From positions 6,884 to 70,883 of the forward strand of contig JAGNLY010000001.1 of the NCBI GenBank assembly GCA_017999345.1: a DNA stretch of 64,000 bases, read 5' to 3'. The DNA is from Candidatus Woesebacteria bacterium (GTDB lineage Bacteria; Patescibacteriota; Microgenomatia; UBA1400; PJMF01). The notes below the pieces were generated by a model. The model was not told the DNA's origin. It did no database searches and saw nothing but the letters and a program-made list of their open reading frames with translations. This document shows, in pieces, positions 46,563 to 55,618 of this stretch (positions are counted from its first letter, which is position 1; every line of letters starts with the position of its first letter). Both the position numbers and the translations under genes were made by a program.

Positions 46563-47268
46563 ATGAAAAATAACTTAGAAAAATCTATATTAAATAACGT
46601 CGAACGTCCGATGTTCATCTTAGCTCATCCAGATGATGAAGCTTTGTTTTGGGGAGCTTTAAACTGCCTTTGTTAAAGCTCAAGTTTCACCTTACTTACT
46701 TTATTTAACATTTGGAGAGTTGGGAATCCCTCCAAAATCTATACTTACTCCCCATGACATGGCTCAAATTAGAGCAGAAGAACTAAAAAATGCTGCTGGT
46801 TTTTTGAACGCCAGTTATAAAATTCTTAGTTTTCCAGATTTAAATTTGCCATTTGTATCTTTTGAATCACTTGTAAAATCAGTTTTGCCAATTGTTAGAT
46901 TACAAAATATTGACACAATCTTTTCATTTCACCCTAATGAAACAACGAGAAAATTTGATCATCCTGATCATAATATTGCTGGCCAAATTGCTCGCTATGT
47001 TGGAGCGGCTGCAGATGTTAAGAACTTCATGCCAGAATATAAAGTTCTTTCTAATCGTCCAAAGCTTTATTTGTGGACAAGTAAAAATTCTTTGGCAACA
47101 CATAGTATGAAGTTGAGCAAGCCAGTTAGAAAGAGAAGAGATGAATATTTAATGGAAAATTATCCTTCACAATTTAGTATTCAAAATTACCTTCTTTGGA
47201 AAAGAATATTTGCAAAAATCACTAAAAGCAAAGTTGGACATTTAGAGAGATATCAAAAGGTGAGATAA
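46563..47268 (+). pseudogene. PIG-L/LmbE-family deacetylase interrupted by a +1 frameshift
   Basis: Frame A reads MKNN...PMFILAHPDDEALFWGALNCLC and stops at 46674-46676. Frame B, open from 46663, continues TAFVKAQVSPYLLYLTFGELG...HPDHN. The shift must occur within 46663-46673. Confidence 0.7.
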
Positions 47269-47278
47269 TATAGTCAAT

Positions 47279-48343
47279 ATGATAGAAATAAATGAAACAT
47301 ACGAAGTTGGCGAAGTGATTGAAATTGTTAGTCAACAAGCTTTTTCTACAGATGGCCAAAGTTTTTATGTTCAAACAGTAAAAGTTAAACCCAATTCTTC
47401 CACTGATGAACAGATAATTACGCTTGGCAGCGAGTTCCAACCTCTTAATGAAAATCAAAAATTAAGTGTTGGATCCAAGGTTATTATTTCTCAGCAACCA
47501 TCAATGGAAAACCAAACACAGCTTGTTGTGAATGACACTTATCGTATTCCAGTTTTGGTGTCGCTGGCGGTTATATTTACTTTTTTAGTGATTATGATTG
47601 GAGGAAAGCGTGGGGTGTTTTCAATCATGGGAATGATTTTTAGTTTGTTTGTGTTGATTTCATTTATTGTGCCACATATTTTGTCAGGGGATAATCCTTT
47701 TTTGATTACATTTATCGGTGCTACTGTAACTTCGGTGGTCACGATGTATGTTTCTCATGGTTTTAAAAGACAAACACACATTGCGCTTATTTCTATGATG
47801 ATTTGTTTGGGATTTGCGGCATTATTGTCAACAACTGCTGTCGAGCTTGGACATTTTGTTGGTTTGGGTTCAGAGGATGCTTCTTTCTTGCAATTTGGAT
47901 CTGCGCAAAAAATTAATTTGCAGGGACTATTATTGGCAGGGATTTTATTGGGAACGTTAGGTATTTTGGATGATATAACTTTGGCACAGACAGCTGTGAT
48001 TGAACAATTAAAAGCAGTGAATAAAAAACTTGATTTTTCTGAGTTGTATTTTAGAGGTTTAGAAGTTGGTAAGGATCACGTAGCCTCTTTGGTTAATACT
48101 TTAATTTTTGCCTATGCTGGCACCAGTTTGCCACTTTTTCTTTTATTTACACTTTTTAGAACTCAGCCGAATTGGGTGATTTTAAATTCAGAAATTGTTG
48201 CCGAAGAAATTATTAGAACTTTGGTTGGTTCAATTGCCTTAATAATGGCCGTTCCAATTACTACTGCAATTGCGGCTTATTGGATTACTAGAAAAAATAT
48301 AAAGGTTGATGGTTTGGACAGATTAAGCTCACACGGACATTAA
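47279..48343 (+). CDS. YibE/F-like polytopic membrane protein
   Basis: An N-terminal soluble segment is followed by about 7 transmembrane helices. GILDDITLAQTAVIEQL resembles the conserved YibE/F loop. Confidence 0.45.
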   Translation: MIEINETYEVGEVIEIVSQQAFSTDGQSFYVQTVKVKPNSSTDEQIITLGSEFQPLNENQKLSVGSKVIISQQPSMENQTQLVVNDTYRIPVLVSLAVIFTFLVIMIGGKRGVFSIMGMIFSLFVLISFIVPHILSGDNPFLITFIGATVTSVVTMYVSHGFKRQTHIALISMMICLGFAALLSTTAVELGHFVGLGSEDASFLQFGSAQKINLQGLLLAGILLGTLGILDDITLAQTAVIEQLKAVNKKLDFSELYFRGLEVGKDHVASLVNTLIFAYAGTSLPLFLLFTLFRTQPNWVILNSEIVAEEIIRTLVGSIALIMAVPITTAIAAYWITRKNIKVDGLDRLSSHGH

Positions 48344-48401
48344 AATGTTAAATTTTTTTAGGACAACTTTGTATTTAGGACAATTTTAATTTTGAGGCAA
48401 T

Positions 48402-49439
48402 TTATAATTTATCTGCAATTAATTGAGCATATGTTTGGGGGTCAATAGGTACGACACCTTGTCTTTTGGTTCCGCCGGCATTCCAGCGCCCACCGAAATA
48501 AGGGATGTCCATCTCATTTAGTCTCTTGTTTGTTGGAAAAGCATTGCCGGCACGAACCTTGTATTCCCAGCCTCCTGCTTTAGGAGTTGCAACAACAAAA
48601 ATGGTAGCATCTTCTTTTGCCGGCGGGAATAATTCACTTCTTAGTGTATTTTCACTTATTATTAGGTACACGCCCTTACCCATATATTGCAATTTGCCGT
48701 CATTAACCAGTTGTTGCGCTTCGTCTCTTTGAGACAATCTTTGTTTTAAAAGTAATTGTGCTTCTTCGGGTAACGTTTCATTACGTAAAAACTTATTGAG
48801 ACAGAAAAGGCTAAATTTTAAGTCGCGTTTTGGTTCAAGCGCGACAAGCAAATCACCGATGTTATTTTTTCGACCGGTGTGATCAGCATCTATAGCTGCT
48901 TGGTTAAATCTTTGGTCTGAGGCATCAACTTGCCCCGTAAGTACTAAAACACTTAGTAAGCTATCAGCATCTACATGGTTAATAATTATCACACAGTCTT
49001 TATCAGCCATTGAACCATGTTCATGAACATATGTTGTAACTAGAGGGGTAGTTGAGATGGGACGAGCCATTTCTGTAAGCGGAATGTGATGGTCAATATT
49101 AAGTACATTGCTTGAATCATGCATCACACCAATGAGAGTACCATCTTTGCTTCGGACTTCAGTTCCTTTTTCGTGTTCACTTACTGGAAAATCAAGCCCA
49201 ATTATTATTATTGACTTGGATATATTTGGAATCATTGATCGTAATTCTGCAGCAGTAATTTTTGAAAAAAGAGGAACGAGATATAGTTGTTCATATTTTT
49301 GAATTGGTTCCTCTAAACCTAAAACATCAATTGCTTCTACTGGAACATCGAATTCCGTCAGCCATTCCTTTTCGACAATTAATTTTGGGTTTGCAGAAGC
49401 AATTTCTTGAGTTTGCGATGCGACATCAAATATTTTCAT
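48402..49439 (-). CDS. Divergent DHH/DHHA1-like phosphoesterase (tentative), G+C-rich
   Basis: NIDHH, INHVDADSLLS and a C-terminal FGGRWNAGGT (GGGH..AAG-like) are present, but the motif order is atypical. Confidence 0.35.
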   Translation of the reverse strand: MKIFDVASQTQEIASANPKLIVEKEWLTEFDVPVEAIDVLGLEEPIQKYEQLYLVPLFSKITAAELRSMIPNISKSIIIIGLDFPVSEHEKGTEVRSKDGTLIGVMHDSSNVLNIDHHIPLTEMARPISTTPLVTTYVHEHGSMADKDCVIIINHVDADSLLSVLVLTGQVDASDQRFNQAAIDADHTGRKNNIGDLLVALEPKRDLKFSLFCLNKFLRNETLPEEAQLLLKQRLSQRDEAQQLVNDGKLQYMGKGVYLIISENTLRSELFPPAKEDATIFVVATPKAGGWEYKVRAGNAFPTNKRLNEMDIPYFGGRWNAGGTKRQGVVPIDPQTYAQLIADKL

Positions 49440-49541
49440 ATTATGGATGATAATACATTATTTTTTCTTTTCATAGAAGTTCTATAGTATGGACATTGAT
49501 GTTTGATATAATCAGATGGTATTAGTTGAAAGGAGAAAAAT

Positions 49542-49700
49542 ATGCAAGGAAAAAAAGAAGAGTTACCAGCAACTGAAGGTCAGCTAAAACAAATAGCTGA
49601 TTTCTTACACAAAGAGGTAGAAGAACTTACTGTGAAAGAGGTTGAGGAAGTTGGAGGTCAAGCAACACTAGAAGAGCAACAACATAGCGGATCTGCATGA
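49542..49700 (+). CDS. 52-aa acidic small protein (not in the ORF track)
   Basis: AAAGGAG lies 6 nt upstream of the ATG. It reads MQGKKEELPATEGQLKQIADFLHKEVEELTVKEVEEVGGQATLEEQQHSGSA. Confidence 0.45.
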   Translation: MQGKKEELPATEGQLKQIADFLHKEVEELTVKEVEEVGGQATLEEQQHSGSA

Positions 49701-49760
49701 TCAAGTTTTTTAATTTAATTTTAATTTAAAAAAAACATACCGCACAGTATTTTAAAGAAA

Positions 49761-49785
49761 GGTTGGGCAAATATTTCACCCAACC
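49761..49785 (-). terminator. Terminator hairpin of the 49806-50294 gene
   Basis: The minus strand reads GGTTGGGtgaaatatttgCCCAACCTTTCTTT. Confidence 0.6.
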
Positions 49786-49805
49786 AATTCTTCAAAACAC
49801 ATTTT

Positions 49806-50294
49806 TTACCCCCAAAACTTCCAAACTCCCAACAGGCTAACTAAAACGATTATTAACCCAATTAATGGCAGCGTATACTTGCTCGCCATCCATGAGGGTT
49901 TTTCAACATGCCAGATTGGTGACTTGGAGAGAATGAAAGCTCCAAAGCACAACCCGGTCATTGCCAGCATTCCAGCAAAGTTTCCAACAAAAGCGATTAA
50001 AATTGCACATGCATTCAAAATAAACTGAATCGTATATGCAATGAAACCGATTGTGGGATCTCCCTTGGATATGGCTAGAGCAAATAGTGCGCCGACTAGC
50101 ATGAGTGTGGCCATAAAACATAATGCGGCCACAACTCTAAGCATTACTACCTCATTTTTCCACAGCGCAACGCTCACCAAAATGTTGGCGATTAACATCG
50201 CGAGAGTGGTTTCGTACGGTTTTTCATACAATATATTTCTCATTGTCATCTCCATGTGTTTATCAAATTTTTTGAGTGGTAAATTTCTATTCAC
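49806..50294 (-). CDS. Hypothetical membrane protein, G+C-rich
   Basis: Four or five transmembrane helices. The track start is GTG 50294. ATG 50243, with GGAG 6 nt upstream, is an alternative start. Confidence 0.5.
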   Translation of the reverse strand: MNRNLPLKKFDKHMEMTMRNILYEKPYETTLAMLIANILVSVALWKNEVVMLRVVAALCFMATLMLVGALFALAISKGDPTIGFIAYTIQFILNACAILIAFVGNFAGMLAMTGLCFGAFILSKSPIWHVEKPSWMASKYTLPLIGLIIVLVSLLGVWKFWG

Positions 50295-50501
50295 TCAAGC
50301 AAAATGAGTGCTGGAGTAGTGTGGGATGCCATCAACTTGCTTGAGTGAATAGAGGTGCGGTATGTTAAAGAACATGTTTGAAAAGAAAAATAAAGCGCAA
50401 TGCCAAATCCATCTATAACAAACGATGGAATTATATCAAAATTTATACAAAAATACAATTATAGGACAGTTTGTTTCAATTTAGACGAGAATTGGTGGGA
50501 G

Positions 50502-50765
50502 TTAAGCTTCTTGATTTTCGTTTGCTTCGAAATATTCAAAAGAAGCTACGTCAAATTTATCCCAAAGTCGGTGGTCAATCATAGAAAATTTGTCCATTAG
50601 CATTTTTCTGTTTTCACCTGTAATTGGGGTTTCTCCAGAATCTTCAATTATTTGTGCAACTTCTCGTAAATATGAAGTCAGAATTTTTTTTGCTTCCAAA
50701 TATGCAGTCTTTTTTTGCATAATCTCATCTGCAGTAAATGTGGTTTTATATTGAATGTCTGACAT
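50502..50765 (-). CDS. 87-aa protein of unknown function (paralog of 35963-36226)
   Basis: AAGGAGTAATT precedes the ATG. The shared blocks are YKTTFT, SYL, IED.G, RKM.MDKFSM.DHRL and SFEYFEA. Confidence 0.6.
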   Translation of the reverse strand: MSDIQYKTTFTADEIMQKKTAYLEAKKILTSYLREVAQIIEDSGETPITGENRKMLMDKFSMIDHRLWDKFDVASFEYFEANENQEA

Positions 50766-50809
50766 AATTACTCCTTAATTCTTTGTATGATGTATAATTT
50801 TATTTTAAT

Positions 50810-51196
50810 ATGCATAAAAAAGATCTACAAGAAATAATAGCACATTTTACTTTTGTTGGTACTATTGACCGAAAGATATTCACTAAACAAAATATTACAG
50901 AGGACATCAATGCATATTGTATCTCCACAGAGCATGGTTATTTTGTGCTTTTTCAAGCAGATTATATTTCAAGCGATAAGGATGGAATTGAAAAAGTAGT
51001 TTTCCATATTTGTAAAAGAAATCTGAATGTTATTCCTCGATTAATGATTCCCTTGATTAAGGGCGGTGAATATCAACTTATAACTGAAATAGAAGGTTCT
51101 AAGAAGAAATATTTAAACAAGTTTGTGACTGTGAGTGTTGCCCTAAATGGTGATGCTCGATTTTATAAGCGTTGGTTTAAGTCTCGAACAAAATAG
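50810..51196 (+). CDS. Hypothetical protein (128 aa)
   Basis: An intact ORF divergent from the 87-aa gene. No motif recognised. Confidence 0.45.
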   Translation: MHKKDLQEIIAHFTFVGTIDRKIFTKQNITEDINAYCISTEHGYFVLFQADYISSDKDGIEKVVFHICKRNLNVIPRLMIPLIKGGEYQLITEIEGSKKKYLNKFVTVSVALNGDARFYKRWFKSRTK

Positions 51197-51231
51197 AAAT
51201 AATTCTTGCTCGTAGTGAAGGATGTTCATTG

Positions 51232-51362
51232 TCGGAGGTGAAGGGATTTACCCTCGTCATGCTCATAATTTTAAAATAATTTTTGACATTCGCTTGATAG
51301 GGCACACCTCTAAGAGTATTTTCTAGGTGAACTAAGTTCTCTTAGCGGGCGAAAGTCATCCC
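51232..51362 (-). repeat. tRNA-Ser-linked element, copy D
   Basis: The minus strand runs GGGATGACTTTCGCCCGCTAAGAG...GAGCATGACGAGGGTAAATCCCTTCACCTCCGA. The end matches tRNA-Ser(GGA), not Ser(UGA). Confidence 0.85.
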
Positions 51363-51411
51363 TTAATTTAATTTGACAAAAACTGAGCTAAAGCTCACTT
51401 TTCGTCAAAAG

Positions 51412-51494
51412 CGGAGGTGAAGGGATTCGAACCCTTGGATCCAAAAGGATCACGCTTTCCAGGCGTGTGCAATTGACCACTATGCGACACCTCC
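51412..51494 (-). tRNA. tRNA-Ser (anticodon GGA)
   Basis: GGAGGTGTCGCATAGTGGTCAATTGCACACGCCTGGAAAGCGTGATCCTTTTGGATCCAAGGGTTCGAATCCCTTCACCTCCG. Confidence 0.9.
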
Positions 51495-51522
51495 AAATAA
51501 CCTGCGAAGATCTTACATTATA

Positions 51523-52008
51523 CTAAATATCTAAATTCTTTATAGCCTCAAGCATGTCTTGATGACGAATAAATCCAGCCTCTTTGGATAAAATCTCATT
51601 TTTTGTAAACCATTCACAGTTAAAAATATTTTCTTGTGCTGGATTATTTGATAAATCAATCTTTAGTTCTCCAACAACCTCACACTGATAGCCAATGCAT
51701 ATAATGTGAGTTCCATTTTTTTCTAAATTAGCATGTTCTTTTTCGCCCAATACAAATCCCCAAGCTCCAACAATTTTGCCAATTTTTATATCCAAACCAA
51801 CTTCTTCCTTGACCTCTCTAATTAAAGCTTCTTTAATATTTTCTCCGAACTCAATTCCACCGCCAGGAAAATCATGTATCACAACATTTTTACCATGAGC
51901 TTTAACATTTTCAGAAATTACTAGAAATTTTCCTTCATGAATTATTAGGGCTTTTACACCTGGACGTATTCTTTTATTTTGTGGCAATTGATCGGCAGAT
52001 AAACTCAT
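51523..52008 (-). CDS. NUDIX hydrolase
   Basis: The Nudix box GGGIEFGENIKEALIREVKEEVGL. Confidence 0.8.
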   Translation of the reverse strand: MSLSADQLPQNKRIRPGVKALIIHEGKFLVISENVKAHGKNVVIHDFPGGGIEFGENIKEALIREVKEEVGLDIKIGKIVGAWGFVLGEKEHANLEKNGTHIICIGYQCEVVGELKIDLSNNPAQENIFNCEWFTKNEILSKEAGFIRHQDMLEAIKNLDI

Positions 52009-52116
52009 AAAATACGTTTCTACCCACTCGAAGCAGGTTTGGTCTGATGCTATAATACTCAGATCTTGTCGTTGAGATTGCTGGAAATATTATACAATAG
52101 ACTAGGTTAACCAAGT

Positions 52117-52201
52117 GGAGACATCGCATAGTGGCCAATTGCACAAGGTTGCTAACCTTGACCGATTTATCGGTTCGTGGGTTCAAATCCCACTGTCTCC
52201 G
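52117..52201 (+). tRNA. tRNA-Ser (anticodon GCU)
   Basis: GGAGACATCGCATAGTGGCCAATTGCACAAGGTTGCTAACCTTGACCGATTTATCGGTTCGTGGGTTCAAATCCCACTGTCTCCG. Confidence 0.9.
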
Positions 52202-52267
52202 CACTGATCAGTAAGTTATCAATAAGTTGACAAGTTGGTGAAGGATTAATTGTGAGTACATACTGAT

Positions 52268-52651
52268 ATGACTAATCTCATTGAATCACCCAAATTTTTA
52301 ATCAGTTCTCTGGTTATTTTTGATTCGTGTATATTCGAAATAAAAGAGATTATTACCACCTCAAATGGATATTCATATAAAGTTAGAACTAAGGCTTATC
52401 TCAGAGACCCATCTGATTTAGAATGGCGCAATCAATTGGTTTCTAATGAAAAAATAATATTAGAATCACAGCTGAAATCCTTCGATCACCCTAAACCTAA
52501 ATATGAAATAGGTGAACGTGTTAAATTGCCATATTTTAATTGTTTTGTTAGATTTATAAAATTTGAAAACCATCATTATTTGTATTACGTGATGGATGAA
52601 AAAAATGAGGGTAGTGGTTGGATTAAAGAAGAAGAATATCTAACTCGCTAA
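52268..52651 (+). CDS. Hypothetical protein (127 aa)
   Basis: An intact ORF. No motif recognised. Confidence 0.45.
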   Translation: MTNLIESPKFLISSLVIFDSCIFEIKEIITTSNGYSYKVRTKAYLRDPSDLEWRNQLVSNEKIILESQLKSFDHPKPKYEIGERVKLPYFNCFVRFIKFENHHYLYYVMDEKNEGSGWIKEEEYLTR

Positions 52652-52663
52652 GACAATTGTTAA

Positions 52664-53599
52664 ATGTATAAAAAAACTAAATTCGGCGCAACCTTCAGTC
52701 ATCCTCAACTAGAATATTTAAAAATTCCACTCAATTTTGCACTAGAAGAGTCTCTAAATCAAAATTTTTCTTATTTAAGACTCGGAGCCTACTGGAATCG
52801 AATCGAAAAAAATCCCAATCAATATGATTTTAAAGAACTGATTTATTTGCTTAATTTTTTTGAAAAAAATAAACAAAAAATAATTTTAACTGTAGGAGTA
52901 AAAGCTCCTCGTTGGCCAGAATTTTATTGGCCCGATTTTATTGAACAAAAAAGCACTACTTCACCAGAAACTCAAGAAAAAATCCTTAAATTTATCAAGA
53001 AAGTTATTGAGGCAACTAAACATTTTAGTTGTATTACTCATTACCAAGTGGAAAATGAACCTTTTGATCCGAGTGGTCCAGAAAATTTGACTATTTCTGA
53101 AAGTTTTCTTAAACAAGAAATTGAGCTTGTTAGAAAATTAGATAAACGACCAATTATTTTAACTCTCTGGGGAAATGCACTTTTGAGTAGGGGATTTTTC
53201 AAAAAAGCTGAGGAATTGGCTGACATCATTGGGTTAGACCTATACTACAAACAATTTATTGCTCAAGTTTTTGGAAAAAATTTTTATAAAGGTCCAAACC
53301 AAAGTGATTCAGCACTCATAAATCTAATTAATTCGAGCACAAAACCAGTTTGGCTCACTGAACTACAAGCCGAACCTTGGGAAAAAGACGAGGCTGGCTA
53401 TTTATCTAAAAATCCTGAGAGCATGAACTCCGAGCAATTACAGAAAAATATTGAGCGAGCTCAAAAATTGTCAGTTCAAGAGAATTTGTTGTGGGGTTTT
53501 GAATATTGGCTGTGGCAAAAAAGACAAGGTGACCGCGGATTAGATTTGTTTGCTGTTAATTATGATAAAGATTTGTTAAAATCAGACTCGACTGATTAA
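52664..53599 (+). CDS. Clan GH-A-like (TIM-barrel) glycoside hydrolase
   Basis: QVENEPFDP is an acid/base NEP motif, and WLTELQAEPW is a candidate nucleophile Glu, at typical spacing. Confidence 0.5.
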   Translation: MYKKTKFGATFSHPQLEYLKIPLNFALEESLNQNFSYLRLGAYWNRIEKNPNQYDFKELIYLLNFFEKNKQKIILTVGVKAPRWPEFYWPDFIEQKSTTSPETQEKILKFIKKVIEATKHFSCITHYQVENEPFDPSGPENLTISESFLKQEIELVRKLDKRPIILTLWGNALLSRGFFKKAEELADIIGLDLYYKQFIAQVFGKNFYKGPNQSDSALINLINSSTKPVWLTELQAEPWEKDEAGYLSKNPESMNSEQLQKNIERAQKLSVQENLLWGFEYWLWQKRQGDRGLDLFAVNYDKDLLKSDSTD

Positions 53600-53614
53600 T
53601 GGTCAAATAAATAT

Positions 53615-53702
<88 letters not shown>

Positions 53703-53736
53703 AATAACAAATTAATAGTAGTGATATTATGATTTT

Positions 53737-54057
53737 ATGAATGAGAATGAATACTTTTCTGAAGAAAGCTTGGCAGCTGCTAAAGCAGGTGTTAATCGCA
53801 TGAGAAGAGAAATTTCTATTGCAATAAAAAATGGACTTCTCATAGGTGGCAAGTGGCCAGAAAATTATAAAGAAAGTCATTATTTGCAATATGCTCCTTC
53901 TCAAGGGAGAAATGTAACTGTGCAAATTAATGGTGATGTTTATCAAAATGTAACTCATATAGAATACGGAAGGCCTTGTGGTGTATTAATTCTTAAACAT
54001 GAAGATGGACGAACTGATTTCTATCCTGAAGAAATTAATAATATCGAAATAAATTAA
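53737..54057 (+). CDS. Hypothetical protein (106 aa)
   Basis: An intact ORF. No motif recognised. Confidence 0.45.
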   Translation: MNENEYFSEESLAAAKAGVNRMRREISIAIKNGLLIGGKWPENYKESHYLQYAPSQGRNVTVQINGDVYQNVTHIEYGRPCGVLILKHEDGRTDFYPEEINNIEIN

Positions 54058-54104
54058 GCATTTATAGATTTTTTATTCCCTGTAACTGTAATACAATAGC
54101 CACT

Positions 54105-55571
54105 ATGCGCATCACAGCTCTTAAACTTTTAGCATTCCTAAATGGTGGATTAGTAATGATCCTAGAAATTACTGGGGCAAGATTAATTGCACCATTTTAC
54201 GGCACAACATTTTTTGTTTGGAGCAGTTTAATTAGCATTATTCTAGCCGCACTTAGTATTGGCTACTACTGGGGTGGAAAATTAGCTGATCATCCTCGCC
54301 GTTTATCATGGTTATTATATTTATTGTGGGCAAGTGGTCTTGCATTAACCGCCCTAATTTTTCTCAAAGAACCAATTTTTGGTATCTTTGCTAGTACTTA
54401 TGGTAACAAATATTGGCTACTGGTTATTACCACTGTTCTGTTTGCTCCAGTTACGATTATTTTTGGTATGATCTCGCCCTTAATAGTCAGAATTTCTCTA
54501 CAGGGTATTTCCAATACAGGACAAACTGTCGGTCAACTTTATGCAGTTTCAACAATTGGCAGCATTGCAGGAACATTATTAGCTGGCTATGTACTGCTTG
54601 GACTAATTGGCTCAACAGCAATTTTATGGTTTATTTTGATAGTTATTGGAATTGAATTCCTAATTGCTTGGAAAATACAAACTAATAAACAAAACCAACA
54701 TCTTATACTTTTAGCCTTATTATTTATTATGATTATTAGTTGTGGTCTGTATATAAATTGGAAATCAAATATTTATGTGGCAGATATTGATACACAATAT
54801 TCAAGATTTTTAATCACTGATAGCATTCGAAAAGAAAAAAGAATTCGATCACTGACTAACGACTATGGTTTTGCTCAAGCCGAAATTGACTTGGATCATC
54901 CAGAAAATCTTACTAGTAAATATCATCAACTATTCACTTCAAGTATTGAGCTTAAACCTGACACAAAACGAATTTTAGCAATCGGTGGTGGAGCATTTGT
55001 TTTTCCTCAGCACATTGCGAAGAATTATCCAGATATTCAAGTTGATGTTGTTGAAATTGATCCAAAGTTAATTGAGGTTTCTAAGTCATTTTTTTTCTTT
55101 GAAGAATTGCCAAATCTTACAGTTCATCACGCTGATGGCCGACAGTTTTTGCTGTCTACTAATAATAAATATGATTTAATTTTTATAGACGCGTTTGCTG
55201 GCAGATATATTCCATTTCATTTAGTTACGCGAGAATTTGTATCCGAGCTAAATCAACATCTAGAAACTGATGGTATCGTGATAACAAATTTAATTGGTAT
55301 TCAACGACCAAATCAAAATGACAACTTTTTAAATGCTATCTATCACACATTTGGAACTGAGTATTCATACCAAAATATTATTCCAACTTCGGTAACAAAT
55401 ATTAACCCAAACGACATTCATAATTATGTTTTAATCAGTTCCAACAGACTACTTGATTATCAGCAAATATCTAACTATCAAGAATTATTTCAATTATCTT
55501 GGCAACCAACTTCTAATCCATTTATTATGACTGATGATTATGCTCCGGTAGAGCATTTGGCTGCGTATTAA
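54105..55571 (+). CDS. Fused membrane domain and spermidine synthase-like methyltransferase-fold protein
   Basis: About 7 N-terminal transmembrane helices are followed by ILAIGGGAFVFP...VDVVEIDP...DLIFIDAF, the aminopropyltransferase/SAM-fold motifs. Confidence 0.75.
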   Translation: MRITALKLLAFLNGGLVMILEITGARLIAPFYGTTFFVWSSLISIILAALSIGYYWGGKLADHPRRLSWLLYLLWASGLALTALIFLKEPIFGIFASTYGNKYWLLVITTVLFAPVTIIFGMISPLIVRISLQGISNTGQTVGQLYAVSTIGSIAGTLLAGYVLLGLIGSTAILWFILIVIGIEFLIAWKIQTNKQNQHLILLALLFIMIISCGLYINWKSNIYVADIDTQYSRFLITDSIRKEKRIRSLTNDYGFAQAEIDLDHPENLTSKYHQLFTSSIELKPDTKRILAIGGGAFVFPQHIAKNYPDIQVDVVEIDPKLIEVSKSFFFFEELPNLTVHHADGRQFLLSTNNKYDLIFIDAFAGRYIPFHLVTREFVSELNQHLETDGIVITNLIGIQRPNQNDNFLNAIYHTFGTEYSYQNIIPTSVTNINPNDIHNYVLISSNRLLDYQQISNYQELFQLSWQPTSNPFIMTDDYAPVEHLAAY

Positions 55572-55618
55572 GATTATTTGAAAATTATCAGAATGCTTAA
55601 TAGTTTATAATCAAATTT

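Noticed and set aside
52202-52262. Degenerate fifth copy of the tRNA-Ser-linked element after tRNA-Ser(GCU) (TTGGTGAAGGATTAATTGTGAG)
   Set aside because: Only about 11 nt resemble the Ser(GGA)-type end, and none of the conserved element core follows. This is indistinguishable from chance in AT-rich DNA.
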